64,000 nt of DNA from Trichosphaerium sp. ATCC 40318 (taxonomy: Eukaryota; Protista; Tubulinea): the NCBI GenBank assembly GCA_038496445.1, contig JALMLS010000455.1, positions 868,001 to 932,000 of the forward strand, given 5' to 3'. Position 1 is the first letter of the stretch, and each line of letters opens with the position of its first letter. The notes under the pieces were generated by a model. The model did no database searches, was not told the origin of the DNA, and worked only from the letters and a program-made list of their open reading frames with translations. Position numbers and translations under genes: made by a program. Shown piece by piece: positions 36,530-49,194 of the stretch.

Positions 36530-37539
36530 TAATATAAGCGAGTCTTCGAAATTGGTGTTCCCTGAATTTTTGTAAGTAAAAAAAAACCAAGTCTCACAGC
36601 AGAGGTCGTACACTGGCATGGCTTAGAACAATCAGTGTTTGCTGGCAAGTCAAAGAGAGATGTAGATTGAACTTCGCTAATCCATGTGTTAAACATAAAG
36701 GCTATAGAACCTGGTACGAATGCAAGAGGAATAGGTTTATCATCAGTAGTCTAAACAAGTTGTAAGAAAAAACCTTCTGAACACTCCAAGATGGTATACA
36801 CACCTCGTAGTAATTAGCACCACCAAAGTCCTTGAACTGATGTGCCGGAGTATCATAGTAACGTGTTTCTCCAACATAAGTAGCATTCTGAAGCCTTAAT
36901 AGTAGATATCAGAGCAACGAAACAAAGGAAGTCGACATTGCATTGGAAAAAGATGTGGAAAAGTTTTTTGCTAATGAGGCCTTCTGTGAAAAACAGAAAG
37001 TGATGCTCACCATGTTGGTGGTGTTAGAATGAAGTCATCATGCCATACACAACAGAAACGGTCCTCGCTGTATGCATACAACTAAAAAACAAAAACTGTA
37101 AGAAAAAAGTAACGAAAAAAATGCCGTTCTGTGTCACGTGCCGTGTTATCCCTGCTCACTGCTGTACATGAAATATTGCGGTTGTTAGGGCACTTAGCAT
37201 TATCCACACGCATAAATTCATTTCCGTTACCCCAGTTGTAGTAATAAGTTCCCCAATTGGTCTAAGACGCTGTTAGGGACACTTTTAAGCGAATATAAGC
37301 GCTTACAAGGACCATTGAAGGTAATTCAACAAAGTTAAATTCACAGCGCCAATCGCTTGGCCATATTGGTGCTGGAATAGCTAAAGGCGTATAAGAAAGT
37401 GAGAAGCGGATAATTAGGCGGAACAATAGGTCAGAAAAATAGATGGAAGATTTTGAGTGTTGGTATTTACTTCTAAAGGCGTACCCAAAGCTACAGAAGC
37501 AATACACAAGCAAAGAATCAGTTGAGGTGCTAATGACAT
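36530..37539 (-). CDS. Secreted ependymin-related / At4g14100-like protein (3' end approximate)
   Basis: MSLAPQLILCLCIASVALA signal; PIWPSDW, WGTYYYNW, MRVD, FCC, PPTWLQNATYVG, YYE, LFDLPANTDC pattern. Confidence 0.65.
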
Positions 37540-39338
37540 CACAAAATCTCAAAGAAAAGAAAAGCTTTGACATTATTGTATCTTGTGTAAGTAGGCCAAC
37601 AAGTAAAAGATACACTGCTTCCTGAGAAGCAATGAGCGGTCGCTGTCTTCACAATACGTACTAGCTTACAAGCAAGGGTTTTATGCCTATGAGCCTCCCA
37701 AAGAGTTGAAGTAACTGGAAAAAAATGAGAAACAAGTCATGTTGTAACGTTGAATAAGACAGTGTCAGAAAAAAGAAAGAAATACAATGATGATAACAAA
37801 TGTCAGTTCCATTATTTTTATTCCTAACCCCCACAAGTTTATATAAGTTAATAAGCCCATGCAAGAGCTTCTTCAAGAACTTCAGCACGTGCTAATGTGT
37901 CGCTTTCATTTACACGACGAATAACTTCCTTAGAGCTCGTTTCTTGTTGTTCTCCTGATAATATACACTCATCTAGAATAACATATACCTAGTACGTAGT
38001 AAGATTAAGATAGTTTAAACGCAATAACAAAAGAGAGAACGCTAAAAAAAAAAAGTTCTGAGTTTTTCAAATAAACTGAAATAAAAAACGAGCTTGATGT
38101 TACAATCTGATTTCTTTGTTCTTGTAGTAACAAATTGGGTATAATACAACGTATGAAAATAGTTTTGTGAATTTCTGAAGGTGTTCGGCGTAAATTAAAT
38201 TAAATGCGCAATAAAGCGATAATACGAGTTGCTTTATATTACCGACGCATAAGAGATTGTATTTAAGTGATAAACAAGCGTTTTGGTTCAAAAAAAAATA
38301 AAAGAAATTCCAAGTCTTTTTGTGATGCTCAAAAGAACATAAGAGGTGTATTAAAATAGTGGTATTACCTTATCAAAATTGAATATAAGGTCTAACTCGC
38401 ATACATTGCCGAAGTGCTTATCTAAGACGACACAAAAGAAATGCATAACTTCTAATGAAATAAGCTCGTTATCTGTTTTATCTATGCAGAAAACGAAATA
38501 GACGCTCGCGTATCTATATTTGCTCTCTCCGTTAGTTTTGTATGAATTATTTTCATTATAGATCGTTTATATGGCTCTACCTGCGATATATGATCTTAAA
38601 CTCGCGCCATTCAATAAAGTTACACTGTTTTGGCGTTCTATTCAATACTTTTTGCGTAATCTCCCTTAATATTACGTTAGCGGGTTATAACACGTACTAA
38701 TAGTGCTATTTATTACGTTCCGAGCGTACCTTCCGATCTTACTTTGTTCTTTTTGCGTATATGGTGACCACCACTTATTTAATCGCATTTTACCTTGCCT
38801 GTTTATCAACAGGAAGAAGTGGAACTTTAAAAAATCGTTAATTCAATCTAGTGTCGTTTTTTACGTTACCATAATGACCACTAATGCGTTGGTTTTATAT
38901 TAGACCGAATTAACGCTTAATGTACAAAGAAAACAAAAAGTCAACGGAAAGTCGCTTGTATGACGTTCATGAACCATCCAAGTGCATTAATTGTAACTTC
39001 CCTTATTCTTACACACGAAATGTAAGGTTATTGCTTCGTAGTTATTTTTGTCGTGGCTGCAGCCTGATTTTTCGGGACGGTTTGTAAACATAGGTAGTAT
39101 TTTGCAAGCTGTACCATTGGTGTATCCGTATGTATTACTTTACATGATTTCAAGAACAGAAAGTCACGTGCATGCTAGTAATCGGACTAACCAATAAAAA
39201 GGTGTACTGCATACGCCATTAAGTGAGCACCCATACACATTTTACTCAAATCGCTGGCATACACATATAGTGTAAACAAGCATAGCTGATATCTATATAA
39301 AGACCTTGTACGAATAGTAATCAGGACTGAGTAAGAGC

Positions 39339-41697
39339 CTACTTTTCGATTTGGTACACCTCAGTATCAGCATAACCACCCAGTAGTATAAGAGTTGCTC
39401 TATGAGGAGCATAGTGTCTGAAATGGCTACTTTTGATAAACAGAGGCAAAATAATATCTCATGTTTTATTCACTCAAGCTGATACTCTTACAATGTCGTT
39501 ACTTTCAATAACTAGTTGTGATACAATAGAATTAGCTAGTAGCTTACAATCATCTCCACCTTTTAAATTAAGTTCGCGAACTTGAGAATCAGTTAAAACA
39601 AGCACATCATCTGATGCTCCTCCGTATAGATTAAAGCTACCAGTTGCATTATTAAAATCAAAGCAAGATGAACCATCACCACCTTCAATAAACATGTGAG
39701 TATCACGTGACAAAAATGATTAACATACCGATGATTTCATTAAACACATAAACATCTGTAAGACCAATACAGTTCTCTCCTGTTCCAGTGTTTATGAATT
39801 TTGTAGATGATGTATCAGCTATCAAGCAGTTGTTTCCTTGGGTCATTTCTATACTTTGAGATACGCTAGTGCCACTAATTGTAACACAATCATCGTCTTC
39901 TCCGAGGTCTATGAGTTCAATTGTTTGGACACCTGTAGCATCAACAGCGTCGAATCCTGCGTCTAATAAAGAGTTAACACGGTTAATTGAAGCGTTGTCA
40001 GGTAAGTACCTCCGTAGATTGGTGGAATGTAAGCACTGTTTGTAGCTTCTAAGCAATCATCTCCACCCAATAGATGAATATCATGGACAATGGATGCACC
40101 TGACATTACTCTAATACAATCATTTCCTGAAGATCCAATGATACCATGATCAAGAGTCACATCTTCGCTTATAATAACACATGGTACTGATAGAGTTGAC
40201 ATGTCAATCTCTAATACTGTAAAGAGAAAAGGGAGTAAGTATTATGTGAATTGAACAGATTTAAGGCGTACGAGGTACATTACTTGTTGTAATGGTAAGA
40301 CAAAGAGGGTTTGTAAAATCGCATGCATTGCATGATGTTATAGCGCACTCTGTACATTGATCGGAAGATTTTGTACACGAGCAGTCAGAGCATGTATCTA
40401 GTGGTCTTGTAGGTGCAAGAGTTGTCGGAGACATGGTTGTAGGAGATTGTGTTGTTGGCGGATTTGTAGTTGGTGGTAAAGTAGTTGGAGCTCCTGTTGT
40501 TGGTGGAGCGGTAGTAGGTGGTGTTGTTGTTGGTGGGAGTGTTGTTGGTGGCAGAGTTGTAGGTGGTAATGTTGTTGGAGGCTCTGTTGTTGGTGGCTAT
40601 GAGAATATTAGTATTTGTAGATAGTTACAAGCAATGGTACCTCAGTTGTAGGAGGTTCTGTAGTAGGCGGTAATGTAGTTGGAGGGAGGGTTGTCGGTGG
40701 TAATGTAGTTGGTGGTGCTGTAGTAGGAGGCTCCGTGGTTGGAGGCAGCGTAGTAGGCGGCAGAGTTGTTGGCGGTTCTGTAGTTGGCGGCAAAGTAGTT
40801 GGCGCTTCTGTTGTCGGTGGCTCTGTTGTAGGCGATTTGGTTGTCGGAGGTAGTGTTGTAGGCGATAAGGTAGTTGGCGGAGCTGTAGTTGGTGACAGCG
40901 TTGTAGGTGGCTCGGTTGTAGGTGCCTTTGTAGTTGGAGGCAGTGTTGTAGGTGGCTTCGTTGTTGGTGGCAGAGTCGTTGGTGGTAATGTTGTTGGAGA
41001 TAGCGTTGTAGGTGGTTCGGTTGTAGGTGCCTTTGTAGTTGGAGACAGTGTTGTAGGTGGTTTCGTTGTTGGAGGTAGAGTCGTAGGTTGCAATGTCGTC
41101 GGAGACGCTGTTGTTGGTTGTATTGTTGGAGCTACAGTAGGCGTTGGAGTTGGAGGCAACGTGGAAGGAGGAGGTGGTGGCGAGTTACAAATACCTATAC
41201 GAGTAACAGTGTTACATGTGTTGTATCCCCAACCACCTGGCTCCCTGAACGTTACGCGTGAGGCAGCAATAGCCAAACAATCAGCTCTATCTGAGTTTTG
41301 TCTTCCTGGAACGGCAGTAAAGAATGTGTATGCAGGAGATTGAATTATTTCATCGTCTCTCCATCTGAATGTTCCTTAAAACAAAGGTGAACAAACATAC
41401 GATAATAGAACACTTTTTGAATGGGATAAAGTGTGTACCTTCTACTACTTCGTCTGTTCCACCGATCCAACAAAGAAGTACACCTGAAGCATCACATTCT
41501 GCTACTACGAGGTCATTCTCTGCTTCAGATGTTATTTTAGCAAGGTCTGTTCCGTGGACTGATTGACACTCTGCCTGAGCTGCAGTGGCTGTCATTCTAG
41601 TTGGAAGAGCGATGAACGCTTGAGCGCTAGCAAATAATATTGCAATCAAAACAATGATCTAAAGAGAAGACTGTGAGCCATAAACAATACAACGCAT
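39339..41697 (-). CDS. Secreted C-type lectin - Pro/Thr mucin stalk - Cys-rich - Gly/Asp beta-roll-like protein (3' end approximate)
   Basis: Signal peptide; AQAEC...LAKITSEAEN...CWIGGTD...GTFRW (CTLD); PTTxP repeats; GSSGNDCI / LGGDDCL / GGASDDVL repeats. Confidence 0.75.
40420..41150 (-). repeat. 15-bp / 5-aa PTT(L/E/K/A)(P/S) coding repeat, ~40 units, split by one short intron
   Basis: Directly visible in the translation; codons are diverged between units. Confidence 0.9.
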
Positions 41698-42945
41698 GGA
41701 GAGAGTTTGTGTTTGAAGAAAGACAATTCTTGGACGCTCGTACTACTTGAGATTTGTTTGAGGTCAACATGAGGTTATGTTGTTTTGTATAAGTGTAAAC
41801 CCAAGAGGTGTTGTAGTAGTGGTGTTTTAGTGTTGTGATGATTAAGCAAAAACACAGTCCACGTTTTTTTCCGACGAACACTTCGTATCGTGATTTTATG
41901 TGTTCGTTCGTGTAATCTTTACCAAACGTAGATTTTACGTTCATACATCAAATCTAAACACGTGATTTGTATCATTGTTTCTACTTTTTTGAAAACACGA
42001 CTTTTTTGTTTTCACTCTGTTTCTCTTTTGTTGTTTGATGCAGTGCGACTAGTAATACACTTTTGGCGATATGTTGACAATGCTACACGATCGCTTTATA
42101 TGACACACGAAATCACTCGCCAATTCTACGGTTTAGTATGTGATACGATAAAAAATACCCTCTCTATCGTTCTCCATTGCAACTTTGTAAGCTGTAGACA
42201 CGACAATCCCGAGTCGCTCGGGCTCCATCACGAAAAAAGCGTGGCTAGTCCCAGTTCTTGAGGAAAGAGTAGTGCGGAGTCTGCATGAGTGTCCTTCTCA
42301 TGGCAAACTACATCTTGTGGTTTTTTTGCCACATACTGGCTTTAGTTTATTGACACGGAGACATAGGGTTGCTTTTTGCAAAGTGATTATAACATGGCTT
42401 CTGTCCTTCTTGACAAAACGAAATGTTGCTCCAAACTTCTCGCTGCTGAATGACTCATACGTTACTGCCAACAAACTCTACATTGAGAATGCACCAAGTA
42501 GGTACATATGTACTGGATAATTCAACCAACATAGTTTTTGCGGTGAGGCTTTTCTGCAAATGAAGCAGCCAGCAAAGTGCTATGCAATAATATTCCAATG
42601 GTGTTTTTATTGCTTAAAACATGACTTTGTCATTTTTAAAACGTGTGCTATCGAACGAGGTTCTGTGAAAACTACATAAAATAAAAACATGTTTTTTACA
42701 ACATCAACTTTGTTTTATAACCAACACTCCAACCAAATAAGATGTGACTTGTTGCCAACGGTTTTTAGTGATGAATAATTTATATCCATGTTTTCAGTAA
42801 AGAATTGTCCCTATTATACTTCCCACGCTATTTGTAGGCGACTGAGACGTGTTAATTCAGAATTACTTGATAAGTCAGTAGCTGCCGCTTATCAAAAAAA
42901 AAAAGTGAAAAACAAGTTTATGTGACCGTTTGCACCTAAGAGGTC

Positions 42946-45900
42946 ATGAGCAATGGTGGCAGCTTCACGCCTACATCAGGCCGGCGTAAAGGTGCTAATG
43001 CAAGCTCAAGGCGTTCGAGAACTGGAACGGCGACATCGTACCCAAATCCACACAGGCCATCTAATACCAATTCGACTGGACCAAGAGCAGGTTCTTTAAA
43101 TGCTGGCACAACACGCAAAGGCGCGCATTCTTTACCAGCAGACCCGTACGTATTATACTAGCATACAAATTGCGAGGTTTCTCTCAACGCAAGCCAAACT
43201 AGAAAAGTTCTTCCATAAACGTGTAAATTGCTTCACAGCGTTCGAAATGCGACGCCAAGCGCGTTAGAATGCATAAAGAAACGGCTCTATTTAAAAAACA
43301 TGCAATACGGGTTTACACCATTAATGCGGTAATAGGGTAGCGCAAAAGCAGTATTTTATCACAGAAGGCCATCTCCTATCTAAGCAGGGCATGTACAAAA
43401 AAGCAATAGAGTACTTCGACCAAGCACTTGTCGTAAGACCTTCAGATCGCGATAAAGACGCTCTGGCTTTAAATAACAAGGGTATTGCTTTATACCACCA
43501 ACGGCACTATTCCAATGCTATCGAATGCTACGATAGAGCACTAGTGATTAACCCAGGCTATGATGTGGCACGATACAACAAGGGTGTACGTCTAGGAAAA
43601 CTTGGGCGTAAATTTAAAAAAAAGTACCTGTGACTTGCGTAAACCCACAAACGTTATCGCATACGCATGCAAACCAAGGAGTAATAGTTGTTATACCATT
43701 TTATTTTCAATTCATACTAAAAAGGACAAACAATGTTTAAAACTTCTTTCTTTCGGCTAAGCGCTCTTTTACTGTCACTTCTAACGCTACAAACGCTCTG
43801 TTTTAATTTACGCCTGTGTTTTTTTTGTTGAAATTTACACGTTCCCTATCAGGTTGCATTGCATCAAATGGGTAAATATGACCAAGCTATAAATTTCTAC
43901 AACAAGAATTTAACATCAAATACATCAAAATATGACATGGCTTTGTATAACATGGGAGTCGCTTTACATCAACAAGGAAGGTTCGAAGAAGCTATACAGT
44001 ACTACCAAAAATCACTAGAGATTAATCCAAAGGTAAACAACAAAGCGTTAATCGAATCTATTCAGAATTCTTGGGTTTTGCGACATTGTTGGAAAATACT
44101 CTAAAAAAATACTTACAAAGCTGTTATTTAGGACGCTTGGGCTTTGAATAATTGGGGATTGGCTCTTGTGAAGTTAACTAGATATGAGGATGCTATTGAA
44201 GTGTACAAACAAGCTCTTAAAATTGATGTTGGTTCAAAACGTGTTTTGCATAATCTCAACAAGGCTCAATCTCTTCTGAGTACGTATTAAAGCGAAGAAA
44301 ATAGCGTAACGATAAAAGACGGCACATCGGTTAAAAAACAGTTTAAACTTGATGATTTAGTTTGCTTACGCATGTATTGTAGGTACAACACCTCGAGAGC
44401 GCACGCGTAAACGAGCTGAATCTATGGTGCCGAGAACAAATCGCTCAGATACACTCAGCGGTAGCCCAGTACAACGTAAAAAGTCGTTCTTTAAAACAAT
44501 CCGTCACGGCATGAAAAAGAAATTAAAAAAATCAAGAAAGAAGGGAAAGAAGGGACGTACAGCTCATCCTTTAGATAGACCTAGTTCAAAACAACTTGAT
44601 GTGCGCTTCCAACAACTTATGCAACAACTGGAGATTCCAAAAGACCAGCAAGCGCTCTTCCGCACTTTTTCTCCCGAGAAGAAATGGATGCTCATAAATC
44701 AATATGAGGTTGCTCAAACAGAGAGAGCTAGGCCTACAGTATCTCCTGAGGATATTATTGAACAGCTTAAAACTCATCCAACTGCTAGAGTTGTAAGGAC
44801 TCTTGTCATTTCGCTTACAACTGAAAATATCAACTGGGCAGAAAGGTTTATCGCTTTAGAGGGTACAGAGATATTATCAGATATCTTAAAGCTTGTTCTG
44901 GACAAAAAAACGTACGTTTATATCTAAGTATCAATATGAGCCTTGGTGTTTCATTGAAGTGTCAAGGCCAAAAATCCAAAATTAGAATTGGCAGAAAATG
45001 ATTGTTTTGTTTGAAGTTTTTTCGGAAAGGTCGTTTTTTTGACCGTACCGCCGCCAACAGAAAAATATAACAACAATAAGATGGTGTAGCCAGTTGGTGA
45101 AAGCAGCTTGATTACTAACCAAGTGCCGTTACGGCTCGCAGGTTCGAATCCTGTCGCCATCGATTTTTCTCAGTTTTTTTTTTATTTGTTCACTTCAAAA
45201 ATTGCCTTGGGTTCGCAAACCGCAAGAGGAAAACTAAATTTTTCTTCTTTTATTTGTTATTCACAACGCTTACCTTTCTTTTAAAGTAAAACTGAAGAGG
45301 ATGTTGCTATCATACAACAATGTGTATTAGCATACAAAGGAGTTTTTAGGTCCCAACAGGGACTAAAAGCAGCAATATCAGCTGATGGTCTAATTGATAT
45401 GATTATTCAAGCGTTTGAGTTTGTTGAAAGTAGAGTTAAGATTGTTATTTGTCAAATCCTATCTGTTTTGGCATTATTTGATGTTGGCATGAATAGGTAC
45501 GATTTAATCTTTTTCGTCAGTAACCAAAAAAAAACATTGTAAACTCATTACATGTTTTGACTTTTTTGCGTCCTTCTGATCCGTTTGTGTTAGTATTATT
45601 CTTGAGTTGATAAGACCTAAAGCAGAAGCTCTTCTTGCACTACTTTCTGGAACAAGTATTGAGCTTAGAGTTGCTGTTTTGACCCTTCTTAACTCTTTGA
45701 TTCATCAAAAGTTTAATGATACAAATACAGCTTCTCGGTATGCCTTGAAGTCTATGTTATTCCAAGGTGGCTTGGCACTTCGTATCAAAGAGCTTAAGAC
45801 TATTGGTGGACGTTATGAGGCTCTAGAAGCTCAGTTAGATGTTTTTGATGATGCTGTTGATCAAGAGGAACTAGCTGGATTTACTGCTGTTGATATTGAA

Positions 45901-48651
45901 AAGATTAATGTCGATGATGTTTTTAGGCAGTTAAAACAACAGTTACAAGGGACTAAAGCTGAGAAGTACTTTGCTTCATTACTTTCAAATCTATTATCTG
46001 TTCGTAAGCATGCAAAGGAAGGCGCTATTTCATGGTCTATTCTCGATTTATTCGCAAAAAGTATAGCACAATCAAGAGATAAAGATCTGGAAACACATAC
46101 AGTTGGTATGATTTGTTTTGTTTTTTTCTTATTCTTGTCTTCTGCGCACGTGCTAATATTTTGTTTGCCTAGCCTTCAAAGCTATCATAGACGATGTAAA
46201 AGCACGCTTGGATGGTGGATCAGTAACTAGAGATGTATCAGATACAGAAGACGACTGGTCTGAAGTTGATCCTGCTTATTTCGCTACAGAGCAACTATCT
46301 GTACCTCGAAACGCTCTTGATGTTAAAAAACCGGACTTACCACCGCCTCCTCCTGGTGTAGTAACTGTTGTTTCTGTTGCTCCGCCTGGACCAGGTATAC
46401 CTCCGCCTCCACCTATGCCTGGTGCGCCTGGTATGCCTCCTCCTCCACCTCCACCTCCTGGAATGGTACGTTCAAACATTTTGTTCATGTAACTCTTCTT
46501 TGCTTTGTTTGGTTGTCTAACAGTTTTTGTAGGGTGGTCCGCCACCTCCTCCACCTCCTGGAATGTCTTTAGCCCCAAGAAAGAAGGTTATTATCCCAGG
46601 AACAAAGATGAAGATCTTCAATTGGAAAAAGATTATTCCACTAAAGATCAAAGGAACTTTTTGGGATGGTGTAGATGATGAGAAGATTAAAATTGACTCT
46701 AAAGCCTTGGAAGACTTATTCGCTGCCTTGCCACCTGGCAAGACTAAGAAGAGTACGTGTGATATATGTTCTCTTCAGTATACCTCTGACATCTTTGAAA
46801 TAGAGACTACAAAAGCAAAGGCTAATCTTCAAGTGTTCTCAATGCAACGTTCTAACAATATAAATATTTTCATCAAGAAAAGATTTGAAGGATTCACTCA
46901 TCGTCAAGTTGGTGAAGCTATAGCTAACCTTGATGATGATGCTGTATCTTATGATAATCTACAACTATTAATGAACTTACTACCTACTGTTGATGAGCAG
47001 GCTCAGTTAAGGCCGTATCAATCTAATGTCCCTAAGAACTTGGGAAGAGCAGAAAAGTTCTGTTTGGAGGTTCGTTAGTTTTTTTAGTATTCTTCTTCTT
47101 AGTGCTCACATTGATGGCTTCTAGATGATGCGTATACCAAAATTCGCATCACGTGTACGTGCTTGGGAACTCAAAGGTGGGTTCAACCCAAGGTTGAGCA
47201 GTGTGAGAGATTCAGTAAAGAAAATACGAAGAGCTTGCCGTGAGATTAAGTCTTCACAAAAATGGGCTGATCTGCTCACTTTTGCGCTTGCTCTTGGTAA
47301 TTATATTAATGGTAATACGAACCGAGGAGGAGCATTTGGTTTTAAGCTTGGATCTCTTATAAAGGTAAGAAGCGAGAAACTTTTAAGGCATCATCGTTTG
47401 TGTTGACTTTTTTTTTCTTTGTTTAGATGTTGGATGTAAGATCTTCTAAAGAAGATCACTCAAGTGTCACTCTGATACATTATTTTGTAGAAGAGATTGA
47501 TAAACGCATAGGAGAACCTTTTATTCTTAAAGAGGAGATGCCAAATGTACAACTAGCAGGAAACGGTTAGACTTTAGATCCTTTTAAGTTTGTCTTTGTG
47601 TTACTGATTTCTCTGATTTTAGATCTTACTCTTGGTGTACTTTGGAAAGAGACTACAGAACTTAAAGCTGGTGTAGATGAAATTGCTGAAGCTTTAGATA
47701 CTGCTGATGCTAGATTTAAAGAAGTCATGTTTGTGCGTCATTCATTGAGGAGCTGTGAAGCTTTTTTTTTGTTTTCTTGTTAAGTTGCAGGCGTTTTAAG
47801 TATTTTATCAGGAATTTGTTCAAGATGCTCAAAAGAAGCTTGATGTAGTTAGAGCTGGTATTAAAGAAGCCCGTGCTATGTATTCTCAAGTATTGAGTGC
47901 TTTTGCTGAAGATGCATCGAGTACGTTGTTAAAACAAAGATACAACTTTTTTTAACTTGTTTTATCAAGCAACTTCTGATGTTTTCTTCCAATTGGTTGA
48001 TAAATTTGGTACTGCCCTTGATAGAGCACGTGAAGATAATGCTAGAAGAATAAGAGAGGCTGAACGTGCTCGTAAGGCAGAAGAGCGAAAACAAGTACAT
48101 CAACTACTTTTCTTATTTTTTTCTTCTATTTTTTTTTGGTTTCTTATTAACCTTCTCTTCTATAGAAACTCAGTCAACTCAAAGCTAAGAATCCAAAGAT
48201 GCGTGCTGTTGATAATAATGCAACAAATGAGTTGGAAAACTTCCTAGACGATATACATACAGGAACAGCGTTCAAACGTAATCTTGATTCTCCACAACCT
48301 ATTCCGACAGATATTAAGCGTGGAAAGGTTAAACGTGATGCTGTTATGACACCTATGCAATCTATAGGAGAACCGCCACCACTGAGTTTCCCACCACCTA
48401 ATCCAAACAGAGGATCTTCACTTCTTGCTCCTGTAAGAGGAGAAGAAGAGGCATCATCAAAGGCACCTCCTGAAGTTGTTATACCTCCAAATATGCCTAC
48501 TGGTATGCCAGAGCTTGCTACTGGTATGCCTGCTACAGCTGATGATGAGTCCATATCTATGTTTGAAGACTTTAGTGATGATACTGATGAGAGCGATTTT
48601 TCATCTGATGAGTATGGAGATGATTCTGGTGATGAGTCTGGATCGTTTTAA
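42946..48651 (+). CDS. Diaphanous-related formin (GBD-FH3-FH1-FH2-DAD) with N-terminal TPR repeats
   Basis: TPR exons (ALNNKGIALY...YDRALVINP); phase-1 intron 44280-44382 joins them in frame to the GBD (SPEKKWMLINQ); poly-Pro FH1; FH2 (FNWKKI, GTFWD, GNYING...GAFGFKL); DAD-like LENFLDDIHTGTAF. Confidence 0.88.
45080..45162 (+). tRNA. Atypical Ser-type tRNA, anticodon ACT, inside a formin intron
   Basis: GATGGTG/CGCCATC acceptor, G73, long variable arm GCCG-TTA-CGGC, GCAGG-TTCGAAT-CCTGT T arm, TTTTT terminator; anticodon stem GCTTG/CAAGT closes a 9-nt loop ATTACTAAC. Confidence 0.75.
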
Positions 48652-49194
48652 TATACAAAACAAAACAAAGTTTGAAGAAAAAACTAACAGGTTTTTTTTG
48701 GTATTCCTCGTCAAACAAGTTTTTTCAATATCGCCAAAAAAAGGGTATGGCCTTTTATTTAAGGATTAGAAAGCTTTTTGAGATGGTTTTTTGTAAAATG
48801 TAAAGAAAATAAAAACATGAAGAAAAATATTTAAATGTAAAAAAGGAGTAATATTTATGGATGTGGGAGGTTGGTGACTTTATATACAAGCCAACAATCT
48901 ATAGGCAATTAAGCAGTGACTATGAAGTATTGTGACTTTGAATAAAATACGTCTATCATTGGTGTGGAATAAGTCGTTTTGTGAAGACGTCATTTTTGAT
49001 CAGAAAAAAAATTCACTTCAAGCTAAAACGAAGACTTTGGTTTATTAAAAAGGTGAATATTAGTTTTTTCGTCCTGCTCAATTTCTGACAAGCTAGTCGG
49101 TACTCAATGAAACAGATTTGTAGCATAAAGCCCAGTGGAATTGCTATGAGCTGTGATAGGTTTGTACATTACAAGTAGTTAAACTTGCACGTGT

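Noticed and set aside
40433-41343. VVGG-repeat plus-strand ORFs
   Set aside because: Antisense of the PTTxP mucin stalk.
45080-45162. Amber suppressor, tRNA-Pyl or tRNA-Sec reading of the intronic tRNA
   Set aside because: CTA is off-centre and lacks a preceding U33; there is no TCA anticodon; the 7/5 acceptor/T stems, long variable arm and G73 fit Ser.
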